From IMG/VR virus record IMGVR_UViG_3300023109_000023, positions 1-61,627 of that record: DNA of 61,627 nt, one strand, 5' to 3'. A program made the translations under genes and the position numbers. Positions 46,553 through 55,388 of this stretch are shown here, in pieces. A model generated the notes under the pieces. It saw only the letters and a program-made list of their open reading frames with translations, was not told the DNA's origin and ran no database searches. The stretch's first letter is position 1; each line of letters opens with the position of its first letter. Origin of the DNA: a virus (taxonomy: Duplodnaviria > Caudoviricetes).

Positions 46553-46999
46553 ATGGCTACTCGAATATTTATAAAACCAGAACCAAACAAAAACTTTTCA
46601 ACTTTAGAGTTTGATGATTTAGATAACCAAGTTATGCTCAATTACGCAGCAACTAATGGTTATGTAGAGTTTCAAAAACCCCTTACCCTTGAAGACCCTG
46701 AGGGATGGTTTACTGCTGCATACGAATACGACCCAGAAGCTAAAAAAGTTACCATCAACCTAGATAAGGCTAAAAATGGTTACATGGGATTCTTAAAAGA
46801 AGCAAGGAGCGACAAACTGAAGGAGCTAGATGCCCTACAACTCCGCTACTTGGTCCAAAAAAATGAAAAAAAGGTAGAAGAAATTGAAGAAATAAAAATC
46901 GCACTCAGAGACATGCCTGAAACTATCCCTATGGATAAAATCAAAAATGTATTTGAGTTGGCTCACTTATTTCCTCCGATTTTACTACCTGATGAATAG
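46553..46999 (+). CDS. Tail fiber assembly chaperone-like protein
   Basis: C-terminal ARSDKLKELD...KIALRDMP motif typical of fiber-assembly proteins. Confidence 0.6.
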   Translation: MATRIFIKPEPNKNFSTLEFDDLDNQVMLNYAATNGYVEFQKPLTLEDPEGWFTAAYEYDPEAKKVTINLDKAKNGYMGFLKEARSDKLKELDALQLRYLVQKNEKKVEEIEEIKIALRDMPETIPMDKIKNVFELAHLFPPILLPDE

Positions 47000-47531
47000 A
47001 TTTACTCCTGAAGGAGATCTGCTTAAGGCTGTAAATGTCTTAAGTGAAAAATATGGAGAACTGCCCCCCGAAACTTACGAGGGTGGTGATGCTAAAAAAT
47101 ATATATCTGAAGAATATTATAATATTCATAAATCATCAGATATTCCCGAAGCCGAAATGAGTGTCCTTCGGAACTTGTATCTAAAGCCAAAAGAAAAATA
47201 TGATATGATCAGAGGGTTAGCGAAAGTATATAACTCTGCGTCTATAATTCAAAGCGGAGATTTCTATTACCCAGCAAAAGGGTATATGGGATGGCATACT
47301 AACTCAAACACCCCTGGTAGGAGGGTATATGTAACTTACTCCGCAAAGGCTGGAGAGAATAGTTTTTTATACATAAAAGACGGTAAAATCGTAAAAGACT
47401 ACGATGACGCAGGTTGGACTGCTAGAGAATTTATTGTAGGAGACCAGCCTAATAATTTATTCTGGCATGCAGTTGATGCTGTTATCCCAAGAATATCTAT
47501 GGGCTTTAGAGTCTTCGATAATCTTGCGTGA
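46992..47531 (+). CDS. Cupin/2OG-Fe(II) oxygenase-like protein
   Basis: Start at MNRF (46992); FYYPAKGYMGWHTN...FWHAV...RISMGF. Confidence 0.6.
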   Translation: MNRFTPEGDLLKAVNVLSEKYGELPPETYEGGDAKKYISEEYYNIHKSSDIPEAEMSVLRNLYLKPKEKYDMIRGLAKVYNSASIIQSGDFYYPAKGYMGWHTNSNTPGRRVYVTYSAKAGENSFLYIKDGKIVKDYDDAGWTAREFIVGDQPNNLFWHAVDAVIPRISMGFRVFDNLA

Positions 47532-47753
47532 TTATGTCACCTTATTGGTGAGGTCTGCAATCTTATAAATTGAACTTGTTTCGTCGGTACTTGTTTCAGT
47601 AGCTATATACATAGCGGGACTCGCTCCTGTGACAAGAAATATTTCTCCTGCTACAGCATTGCCAGTGGCGTTTAGTATATCCCCTCCAGTACAAACCTTT
47701 ATTCTGAAACTATGATTGTCCAAATATTGTCCGCTGTATCCTATATCACTCAT
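47532..47753 (-). CDS. Hypothetical small virion protein
   Basis: 73 aa; AGGAG upstream; AVAGEIFL...MYIA motif. Confidence 0.55.
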   Translation of the reverse strand: MSDIGYSGQYLDNHSFRIKVCTGGDILNATGNAVAGEIFLVTGASPAMYIATETSTDETSSIYKIADLTNKVT

Positions 47754-47827
47754 TATATAGATTCTCCTGTGTTGATTGTAAGTATTACTTGTTCCATATT
47801 AATTAGTTTTGTTTAGTTCTAGTAGTT

Positions 47828-49519
47828 TTACCCTATTAGTATTGACACCCCTGCACCATTAGCCAGCCCATTTCCGAATGCTCTGAAATTTTGTCCAGCT
47901 GGTACATTTAATGTAGTCCCAACAGCACCACCATTTAGACCTGTTGCTCCACCACTATTTATTGTTATCGCTCCTCCAGTGCAATTTAAAAATGTAGCAT
48001 GCCAGCCTTGTCCATAGCTACCATTAAATCCTACAGATGTTACTCCAGCATCTAAGCGTATGACTTGAGCTAGCATAGATCCTGACGCTGTAAAATCACT
48101 ATTCTGTACTGCGAAATCAGGCCTCTTTGAAAAAAGTGGCTGCAGGATGCCTTTTTGCTTAAAAAAGAATGTACCATTACCCAAATCGAATAAAGCTTGC
48201 CCGTCATCGACAAAATCACCTATACTAGTGCCTACTACATTCGTCCAGCTTTGAGTTGTAGAATCGTATTGAAATGTCTGATTTGTTTCAATATCAAAAA
48301 CAAGATCATTAGTTGCTGCGTCAGCAAATGCAGCTCCTTGCTGGGCAATAAATAATTCTTTCCAAGAACATGCAGCCTGAGATCTTGCAATAAGGCCCCA
48401 TCTAGTTGGTTGCTGGAATGCGGCCATCGTGGTTGCTGGAATTGGATTTAATCTTGTTGCAATATTTAAATTTGACGTAAGAGTATTAGCTGCCTGTGTT
48501 AAGTCAATCGATAAATATCCAGTCCATGCAGCATCATCATCAGGAGGAATGGTTGCCACATTAGTAGCTATCCAGACTTCCACTTGAGTAGCTGATCTTG
48601 AAATTTTCAATGCATCTCCGTTTGGATAAATACTACCCCAAGTACGTTCGTTGTTTGCACCAGTAGTTAAGGAAGCTTCAGATTCAGCAAGCCAACTTTC
48701 ATCGCTTTTTGAAAAATTATAACAAATACCATAACGGTATGCTGCCCCGTCGTTGTGGGTGGCTTTTGCGTTCGACCTAATAACTGAGAGTGATCTATCA
48801 GTTCCTGCGAGTCCATTCACCCAGTTTCCAGCCCCATCTTGGGTAGCGCCAGTATCCAGGGCTATAACAAATCCAATAGCATCATTTTCACCGTTACTTC
48901 TTAACATTACTCTTGCTTCGTAACCAGTGTAAGACTGTTGGCTAGCAAAACCCGTAGCGAATTGAGTATTCTGGTCCTGGAAAAGGTCTCCATTAGCATC
49001 TATAACCCAGGCATCCTCGCCAGTTGAAGTCGTGTCGAAGTGGTCATCTGTGTCTTTATGACTAAATCTATAAAAGCCGTCTAAGATATCTTGGTTCGAA
49101 ATGTAAATTGCACTCTGGTTGAATATAACTTCAGGAGAACCTCTCCCAGCTAAAGCTTTTTTGAGAAAAGGCTTGTTGACAACATTAGTGCCAGCTGTAC
49201 CCTCGTAAATCAAATGCTCTCCAGCATCTGTATTTGTAGGGATAGCAAACACTGGTTGACCGCCAATCAGGGGAGGATTATTCGTTGTGTATGTAACTGG
49301 GCCAGCTCCAGCCGCATTATTAATTACATTTATTGTGGCACCAAGTTGTGTCTGAACAGCTGGATCCGTAAGAGCTTCTTTTACAACTTCACCTACGGTT
49401 GCAGATAGTGTTTGGTTCGCACCGCCCGTACTTCTTGCTACAGGAAGTAAATCCCCTGGAAGTATTGTTATACCTGCTCCTGCCGCAGCGGTAAGTTGTC
49501 TTATAGTCTTAAATGACAT
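47828..49519 (-). CDS. Fiber/receptor-binding-like protein with a lectin-like domain
   Basis: 563 aa; N-terminal KTIRQL...DLLPVAR module; Gly/Ala/Thr-rich; ENDAIGFVIA beta-sandwich motif. Confidence 0.6.
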   Translation of the reverse strand: MSFKTIRQLTAAAGAGITILPGDLLPVARSTGGANQTLSATVGEVVKEALTDPAVQTQLGATINVINNAAGAGPVTYTTNNPPLIGGQPVFAIPTNTDAGEHLIYEGTAGTNVVNKPFLKKALAGRGSPEVIFNQSAIYISNQDILDGFYRFSHKDTDDHFDTTSTGEDAWVIDANGDLFQDQNTQFATGFASQQSYTGYEARVMLRSNGENDAIGFVIALDTGATQDGAGNWVNGLAGTDRSLSVIRSNAKATHNDGAAYRYGICYNFSKSDESWLAESEASLTTGANNERTWGSIYPNGDALKISRSATQVEVWIATNVATIPPDDDAAWTGYLSIDLTQAANTLTSNLNIATRLNPIPATTMAAFQQPTRWGLIARSQAACSWKELFIAQQGAAFADAATNDLVFDIETNQTFQYDSTTQSWTNVVGTSIGDFVDDGQALFDLGNGTFFFKQKGILQPLFSKRPDFAVQNSDFTASGSMLAQVIRLDAGVTSVGFNGSYGQGWHATFLNCTGGAITINSGGATGLNGGAVGTTLNVPAGQNFRAFGNGLANGAGVSILIG

Positions 49520-49536
49520 TATTTAAAAATTCGGGG

Positions 49537-50538
49537 CTATTTAGTTTTTTTCTTCTTATATCCAGATTCTGCTGGAGTAAGAGTATAACCCATTTTTTTG
49601 TATTTCAAGTGTTCCTCTTGGCTTTTAGCTTTGTAGGCTTTTCCAGTTTTGGGATCATACATGTCATGAGGCTTGAAAGCTTTAGATTTTTCGTCCATCT
49701 CGTCATGGTCGCCACAATCACTTGCTTTACCCTTTTTTTCTAAAATCTTTTTTTGTATAGCGGGAGGTAAACTTTTTTGCTCTTTTGTTAGGCTATCTTT
49801 TTTTTCGTCGCTCTTTTTGTCTTCAGCTTTAGATTTTTTATCATCACTGGATTTTTGAGCTTTCTTTAAAGCCTTAGGGTCTGGGTAATCTTTGTCGCCT
49901 GGTTTTGCAGGTTTGTAGTTTTTACCTTCACGTTTCTTTTTGTCACGGATATTCTCCCATAAGCCTTTTTTAGCATCAGACTCTTTTTCTTCTTTTTTGG
50001 AATCTTTAGAATCTTTTGAGTCCTTAGAATCCTTTGAATCTTTTTTGTCTTTTGAACCACCCTTTTTGCTTTTTTCAATTTTTTCTTGAATAGCTGGAGG
50101 TAATTTTTTTTGCTTTTCTGAAAGTTCTGCAGCGGTCTCATCTAAAAAGTCCGCCATCTCATCTTCTAATTCAGCTTCTCCTTTAGTCACACTTTTTACA
50201 CTTTTCTTACTCCACATCTTGCAACTCCAGTATTTAGCCTTAGTCTTAGGCCCAGGATTATCGCAACCATGACGAGCACGAAAACTTCGGCGGCGTGCAG
50301 GATCATCACGTTTGATTTCCATGTTGGGGTCACCAAAGTTTACTTTTACTACATTACCCTTCTCGTTTTTCACATATACTGAAAACTTCTTTGGCCCACC
50401 TGAAGTCCTGAAAGGTTTGTTTAGTTTTTTTCCTTTTTTTTCTTCTTTTGCCCAGGATTCTTCGTTAATTTCTTCTTCATTACCCTCGCTTGCGAGCAAT
50501 TGAAGTCTAATTTGTTCTGTGAAATCTAGTTCTTCCAT
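49537..50538 (-). CDS. Lys/Glu-rich modular protein, candidate internal head/DNA-binding protein
   Basis: KLNKPFR..GGPKKFSVYVKN.KGNVVKVNFGDPNM...RARHGC...YWSC module; KDS tandem repeats; duplicated LSEKQKKLPPAIQ/LTKEQKSLPPAIQ. Confidence 0.6.
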   Translation of the reverse strand: MEELDFTEQIRLQLLASEGNEEEINEESWAKEEKKGKKLNKPFRTSGGPKKFSVYVKNEKGNVVKVNFGDPNMEIKRDDPARRRSFRARHGCDNPGPKTKAKYWSCKMWSKKSVKSVTKGEAELEDEMADFLDETAAELSEKQKKLPPAIQEKIEKSKKGGSKDKKDSKDSKDSKDSKDSKKEEKESDAKKGLWENIRDKKKREGKNYKPAKPGDKDYPDPKALKKAQKSSDDKKSKAEDKKSDEKKDSLTKEQKSLPPAIQKKILEKKGKASDCGDHDEMDEKSKAFKPHDMYDPKTGKAYKAKSQEEHLKYKKMGYTLTPAESGYKKKKTK

Positions 50539-50819
50539 TTTTTTTTAATTTGGTGATTTATTAATATTACACTTATTATAAACTTTATACTAGTTATTTT
50601 TCTAGTTTTATTTTATAGCTTCCAAATTTTTTTCGATTTAGCTTTTATTTAAAAGTATACTTTGTTATTTTGAGAATGAGAAATACCACCCCCCGCCACT
50701 ATTTGAAAAGTCCTATTAGTAATTTATTCAAAAAAGTGGGTGGGTACCTAGTAATAATTAATTCAAAAAAAAATTCCAATTAGCTTGACTCGACCCCCCT
50801 CTTTTGCTACCTTATATAT

Positions 50820-51038
50820 ATGACAGTTAAAGATATTAAATTCGAAATTCAATCACTAAAGAGCCGACTTGATGCGCACCATGTTGACCAAGAAACCCGT
50901 CGTTGGGTTCGTGCAGAAGGCAAAGACAAAGACTCGATCTTGTCAAGCATTGACGAACTAACAAAGATGTTACCACGTGCGAGCCATGATGACGACGTGC
51001 GCCGTCACGGTTGGAAAAGTGTTGAAAGAAATGCCTAA
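50820..51038 (+). CDS. Hypothetical early protein
   Basis: 72 aa; own promoter. Confidence 0.7.
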   Translation: MTVKDIKFEIQSLKSRLDAHHVDQETRRWVRAEGKDKDSILSSIDELTKMLPRASHDDDVRRHGWKSVERNA

Positions 51039-51079
51039 AAGCTTGACTTGGTCACCTTAAAACGTTAAATTACTTATAT

Positions 51080-51271
51080 ATGAAAATAAAAAACGGATCT
51101 ATCTACCACAGTAAATCAAATAACAAAGCCGTTCGTGTAGTGCGAGCAAATCAAGAGCAATCAATTGCTTATGTAAAACACCACAAACAAACCCAAATCG
51201 AAACAGAGGTTTTTTTCTCTGATTTGATGCCTGCTACTCCTATGCAAGTCAAACTTTACTTAACTAGATAG
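51080..51271 (+). CDS. Hypothetical early protein (SH3-like size and pattern)
   Basis: 63 aa; own promoter. Confidence 0.7.
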   Translation: MKIKNGSIYHSKSNNKAVRVVRANQEQSIAYVKHHKQTQIETEVFFSDLMPATPMQVKLYLTR

Positions 51272-51340
51272 TCATGTTAATAGCAGAATTTATCTTGGGC
51301 ATAGTGGTAACATTAATTTTAATATCAAAAGGATAACAAA

Positions 51341-51649
51341 ATGAGAAAAGTAACAGAACAAATAAAACAAGCCTTTAATAAAGGCGTATCTTTAAAAGTC
51401 GGCAACACCAAGACAGACGGTCAGACCGTTTGGCTACATGGTAACGCCATTGTTAAGCGTGATCCTGACGGCTTGGTCAGGTGGTCGCTTGCAGGATGGA
51501 ATACCCCCACCACACGCGAACGCGTTAACGGTATAGCCAACGCGGGGGTTTGTCAATTCAAATTCGAGCCTGTCTTAAATGGTCAAGAGATTGACTCATC
51601 CGATTGGTTTGCCTCTAATACTGCATTGCCCGATCCTCTCATTTTCTAA
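51341..51649 (+). CDS. Hypothetical phage protein
   Basis: 102 aa; LHGNAI...AGWNTPTTRERVN. Confidence 0.7.
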   Translation: MRKVTEQIKQAFNKGVSLKVGNTKTDGQTVWLHGNAIVKRDPDGLVRWSLAGWNTPTTRERVNGIANAGVCQFKFEPVLNGQEIDSSDWFASNTALPDPLIF

Positions 51650-51804
51650 CAAAAGCCTTACGTAAGTCCTTGACTATCAGGGACTTACGCGCGGCGGCCC
51701 GCCGTAAATCGTTGGTATTCAACGACTTACGAAGGTAATAAAATAATTGCTAAATAATTGCTAAAAAGTTTGACTTCAGCTAATTTATGCCCTATATTGT
51801 ATAT

Positions 51805-52083
51805 ATGATTAAGACAATAAATAAAACATTTGTAGCAAGCGTTCACGTCTCTTCCCTTGATGGCGAGGCAATTTCTTTGTGGAATAGTAATACCAAGTCG
51901 TACATTGACATTGACAAGACACATCACGCAATCACTATACAAGCTGAAGACAAGCACGAAGTCAGACGCAAAGTCGCTCGCATGATTCGCACGCTTCAAC
52001 CAAAGTTACAATTTCAAACAAGCATTCCACGTAAGGATGGCGATAATGCCACCTACTACATCCAACAAATTCACCAAAAATAA
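51805..52083 (+). CDS. Hypothetical early protein
   Basis: Start moved to MIKTINK, 6 nt after the -10 box. Confidence 0.65.
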   Translation: MIKTINKTFVASVHVSSLDGEAISLWNSNTKSYIDIDKTHHAITIQAEDKHEVRRKVARMIRTLQPKLQFQTSIPRKDGDNATYYIQQIHQK

Positions 52084-52122
52084 CCTTGACATAATAGCTC
52101 AAACTCTCTAATTTAGATACAT

Positions 52123-52344
52123 ATGACAAACACAATAGAACAAATAAAACGCGAATTAAACTTGGATCTCGACCTTGGCTTGGCACTAGCTGAAGCCGAA
52201 GGCAACTTGAACCACTTAGCCCGTGAGTCAAATTCATCCGATTGGCAAGGCACAATCACGCAAGGCATGACAATTCTCGAAGCCCTGAACGCAGTGCAAA
52301 AAGCAAGAAAAGCCTTCCAAGAAATCAAGCGAAATAAAGCTTGA
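52123..52344 (+). CDS. Hypothetical early protein
   Basis: 73 aa helical; own promoter. Confidence 0.65.
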   Translation: MTNTIEQIKRELNLDLDLGLALAEAEGNLNHLARESNSSDWQGTITQGMTILEALNAVQKARKAFQEIKRNKA

Positions 52345-52533
52345 CACACTAAAATCCCCTAAGTGCTTGACTATCAAGCACTTACGCGGGGCCGCCCGAC
52401 GTAAGTCGTTGAATACCAACTACTTAGGTAAACTTGCCTATGGCGCAGCCCTCGGCCCGCGTCGATCTTATTTGGCTAAAAATAAATCATAATTAAGTTT
52501 GACATGGGCAGCCCCATATGCGATAGTAGTAAT

Positions 52534-52869
52534 ATGAACATAACAAATATAACATTCTCGAAAATCGATCACAAGCTAATCACAGCACATCTATCCTTTG
52601 ATAGTGCTAACCATGAGCACGGCACTATACGCGCAGAAGGCGTATCTCGTAAGCAGTGCATATTCAATTTATGCAAAGAAGGCAAGTTGCCTTGGAAGTT
52701 GTTCGGTGTAGCTCGCGCATTGGCAATGCAACACAACGACCCTAGGTTTCCCAGGGTTAGCCATAGTAGAGAAGACGACAGACTCGCAGATATCTGTGAC
52801 GATCTGAATTGCTCGATTAGTGAAGCTCGCCACTTTCAGGAGACAGGCGAACACCCCGCAAATTGGTAA
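52534..52869 (+). CDS. Hypothetical early protein
   Basis: Start moved to MNITNIT after the promoter; single gene between repeats 2 and 3. Confidence 0.65.
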   Translation: MNITNITFSKIDHKLITAHLSFDSANHEHGTIRAEGVSRKQCIFNLCKEGKLPWKLFGVARALAMQHNDPRFPRVSHSREDDRLADICDDLNCSISEARHFQETGEHPANW

Positions 52870-53062
52870 GACTTCTCCTAAGTACTTGACTATCAGGTAC
52901 TTATGCGAGGCGGCCCGACGTAAGTCGTTGAATACCAACTACTTAGGTAAACTTGCCTATAGCGCAGCGCGCGGCCCGCGTTAATCTTATTTGGCTAAAA
53001 ATAAATCACGATTTATTGCTTTATTGCTTGCTATGCACTACCATATGCCTTATGTTGTTTAT

Positions 53063-53305
53063 ATGAACAATAATTACGATGATTCACTCGACCGACTTGC
53101 TCACCTCACAGGTATGACTGACCTAGAATATGAAGCCCAGCAAAAGGCTCTCGCTCAGATTGCCCGTTTTGACAGGCTCATCGCTGACGTTAGAAACAGC
53201 GATGAACCTGCGCCGATGACCGAGGTGCACCATAACCATGAAGAGCCCAGCATAGACGCCTATGATGACTATGACTATGGCTACCATGACCAATACGAGC
53301 AATAA
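53063..53305 (+). CDS. Hypothetical acidic early protein
   Basis: Start moved to MNNNYDD; single gene between repeats 3 and 4. Confidence 0.65.
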   Translation: MNNNYDDSLDRLAHLTGMTDLEYEAQQKALAQIARFDRLIADVRNSDEPAPMTEVHHNHEEPSIDAYDDYDYGYHDQYEQ

Positions 53306-53516
53306 GCTCGTAAGTCGTTGATTATCAGGTACTTACGCGGGGCCGCCCGCCGTAAGTCGTTGAATACCAACCACTTAGGTAAACTTGCCTATGGCGCAGC
53401 CCTCGGCCCGCGTCAACCTTATTTAACCGAAAATAAAACACAATTAAGTTTGACATTCGCCCTCAGATATACGATAGTAAGGTATGACAGAACAACAACC
53501 CAACTAATATCAACAT

Positions 53517-53702
53517 ATGATCTCAATCAAAAAAAATCAAAACTTCTCTAATTGGTTCCAAGTATTCGCTTTCGGTAAAATGATAGATGAATTCAGTCGC
53601 AAAAGTAAGGCAATACGTCGTGCTGAAGAATTAGCAGTACAATCAAACCAAAAATACATCAACGTCGAAGGACTAGCACAGAAAATCGGATATGGCAACT
53701 AA
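53517..53702 (+). CDS. Hypothetical protein
   Basis: 61 aa. Confidence 0.6.
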   Translation: MISIKKNQNFSNWFQVFAFGKMIDEFSRKSKAIRRAEELAVQSNQKYINVEGLAQKIGYGN

Positions 53703-53901
53703 AAAACTCGTACTCACTACAATATCGCAAGGCAAAATTGCCGTTGTAGAAAGCGCCGAAAAGGCAAATGACAAGAGGGGGGAAAGATACATAAGCGAAG
53801 ATTGCTTGGCTGTCAATCTTAAAAGTGGTGCATTTACTGACATTACTGCGACAGGCGCCAACCCCGAAGGTAGACTATATATGTTTACGGAAGATATGTA
53901 A
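53692..53901 (+). CDS. Hypothetical protein
   Basis: 69 aa; its stop codon is the TAA of repeat 5. Confidence 0.6.
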   Translation: MATKKLVLTTISQGKIAVVESAEKANDKRGERYISEDCLAVNLKSGAFTDITATGANPEGRLYMFTEDM

Positions 53902-53970
53902 GTCGTTGATTATCAAGCACTTGCGCGGGGCGGCCCGCCATAAGTCGTTGACTATAAGCGGTTTATGTAA

Positions 53971-54195
53971 TTAAAACTCTTCCATGAGCAACTCATCAAG
54001 AGCATAGATATCAAGGTCGGGATCGTTATAGCTTGCCCCGTCAGGAGTCCTGAATAAGCCCAATGCCTCAAATTTCTCCACAAGATCAGTATATCCCGCG
54101 CATCTGCGAGCCATCTTATAAATCGATTCGTCATTACCTAACCAAAGCGCAACATTCCAAGTTGCCCAATTCTTCCATCCTTTGTAGTTTTCCAT
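53971..54195 (-). CDS. Small phage protein of the GWxNxxTWNVxLW type
   Basis: YKGWKNWATWNVALWLGNDE. Confidence 0.7.
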   Translation of the reverse strand: MENYKGWKNWATWNVALWLGNDESIYKMARRCAGYTDLVEKFEALGLFRTPDGASYNDPDLDIYALDELLMEEF

Positions 54196-54199
54196 AGTC

Positions 54200-54391
54200 T
54201 TATCCTTCTATTAATTGTTTGAATTGATCGTAAACTTTTTGCTTGCTACCTTTTAGCTCAAACTCTTCCTTGACGATAGAGTAGCAACTTCTACCCCTTG
54301 ACATCTTCAAGCCGTTAAGCTCAAGTCTTAGCCCCCGAAGTAATGTTTTATATCTGAATGCTTCAATTTGTGTTGGTTCTGTTAATATCAT
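54200..54391 (-). CDS. Hypothetical phage protein
   Basis: 63 aa; LRLELNGLKMSRGRS...LKGSKQKV. Confidence 0.65.
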   Translation of the reverse strand: MILTEPTQIEAFRYKTLLRGLRLELNGLKMSRGRSCYSIVKEEFELKGSKQKVYDQFKQLIEG

Positions 54392-54405
54392 ATCTTTAAT
54401 ATAGT

Positions 54406-54603
54406 TTAGTTGTTATTGTTTGTAAAGTCTTCTTTTTCTAATTGTACTCTGATGTATAGGTCGCCATTCTCGTCTTCGTCCATGTCGGCATAATTGCAAT
54501 CTTTAAAATCGCCCATGTCAGCGATACCATCGTCATTTGCAAAAGTATTAATCTTGAATGAACAAATGTCATTTCCTCTGTAGTCTTCAATTTGTATTTT
54601 CAT
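54406..54603 (-). CDS. Hypothetical acidic protein
   Basis: 65 aa. Confidence 0.6.
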   Translation of the reverse strand: MKIQIEDYRGNDICSFKINTFANDDGIADMGDFKDCNYADMDEDENGDLYIRVQLEKEDFTNNNN

Positions 54604-54614
54604 ATTCTTATGTG

Positions 54615-54860
54615 TTAAACGATTTCTTCAACCATTTTCATTAATTGTTTTACTTCGTCTAAATTTTGTTGAAGTAAATTGAGTTGTGCAAGTATGCCTT
54701 TATAACCAACATACCCACCATTCATGTGACCCTGCCAAGTGTTGCCTACTTTCTTAAATGAAACATCCCAACCACAATGATAATCATATGCTTTTAGGAT
54801 GCCGTTTGGCAAGAGTTCAAATGTTAGTTCTTTTCCGTTTGTTTTGTCTTTTAATGTCAT
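54615..54860 (-). CDS. Hypothetical protein
   Basis: Start moved to MTLKDK, 6 nt after the -10 box. Confidence 0.65.
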   Translation of the reverse strand: MTLKDKTNGKELTFELLPNGILKAYDYHCGWDVSFKKVGNTWQGHMNGGYVGYKGILAQLNLLQQNLDEVKQLMKMVEEIV

Positions 54861-54891
54861 AAGTATAAAGTAGTTTAATTTTTGCTCTGTG

Positions 54892-55074
54892 TCAAACAGA
54901 AACACGAATGAATTCTGTAGTGCTGTTACCCACATCAGCGCGGATAAAATGAATTAAATCCTCCTCCAATGCTCGCTCGACTGTGCCAAGATGATCCTTA
55001 AGTTTGCTACTGTAGAGCCAAATCTCTCCGTCCTGCGTTGAATTGATAAGTTCGATTAGTTCTTTTATTGTCAT
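54892..55074 (-). CDS. Hypothetical protein
   Basis: 60 aa; own promoter. Confidence 0.6.
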   Translation of the reverse strand: MTIKELIELINSTQDGEIWLYSSKLKDHLGTVERALEEDLIHFIRADVGNSTTEFIRVSV

Positions 55075-55192
55075 ACCAATACACTAAGGCATCTAACTAA
55101 CTATAGCAAGAAAAAACTTCAATTAAATGCATTTTGTCGTAAGTCGTTGATTATCAAGCACTTGCGCGGGGCGGCCCGCCGTAAGTCGTTGA

Positions 55193-55321
55193 TTACCAAC
55201 CACTTAGGAGAACTTCCTTCAACTCCGTGACTGACCACCCAGAAAGCTTGGAAAGCTCCCTGAGGGTCAATGAGATATTTACATCATATTCATTTACGAC
55301 TTTTTCTTTTGTCCACTTCAT
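55193..55321 (-). CDS. Small HTH-like peptide (42 aa; not in ORF track)
   Basis: MKWTKEKVVNEYDVNISLTLRELSKLSGWSVTELKEVLLSGW; ends inside repeat 6. Confidence 0.45.
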   Translation of the reverse strand: MKWTKEKVVNEYDVNISLTLRELSKLSGWSVTELKEVLLSGW

Positions 55322-55388
55322 GTCGGTATAATTAAAATTATTATGCAAGGTAGTAAAATCGTCAATCCTATTAATAAAAATATTTCAA

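Larger units (their letters stand above)
11784..50572. promoter_or_regulatory. Recurrent GTGTA motif upstream of morphogenesis genes (putative late promoter element)
   Basis: TACAC on + (GTGTA on -) at 11784, 19486, 26442, 27465, 32642, 36121, 38203, 44399, 45156, 50568; GTGTA on + at 28600, 29684, 45170. Each lies about 10-35 nt before a start codon on the coding strand. Confidence 0.7.

Noticed and set aside
47753-47797. 14-codon ORF MEQVILTINTGESI coupled (TAATG) to 47532-47753
   Set aside because: Too short to support; the sequence is explained as the downstream gene's ribosome-binding region.
11828-49519. Diversity-generating retroelement acting on fiber genes
   Set aside because: No reverse transcriptase and no template/variable repeat pair noticed.
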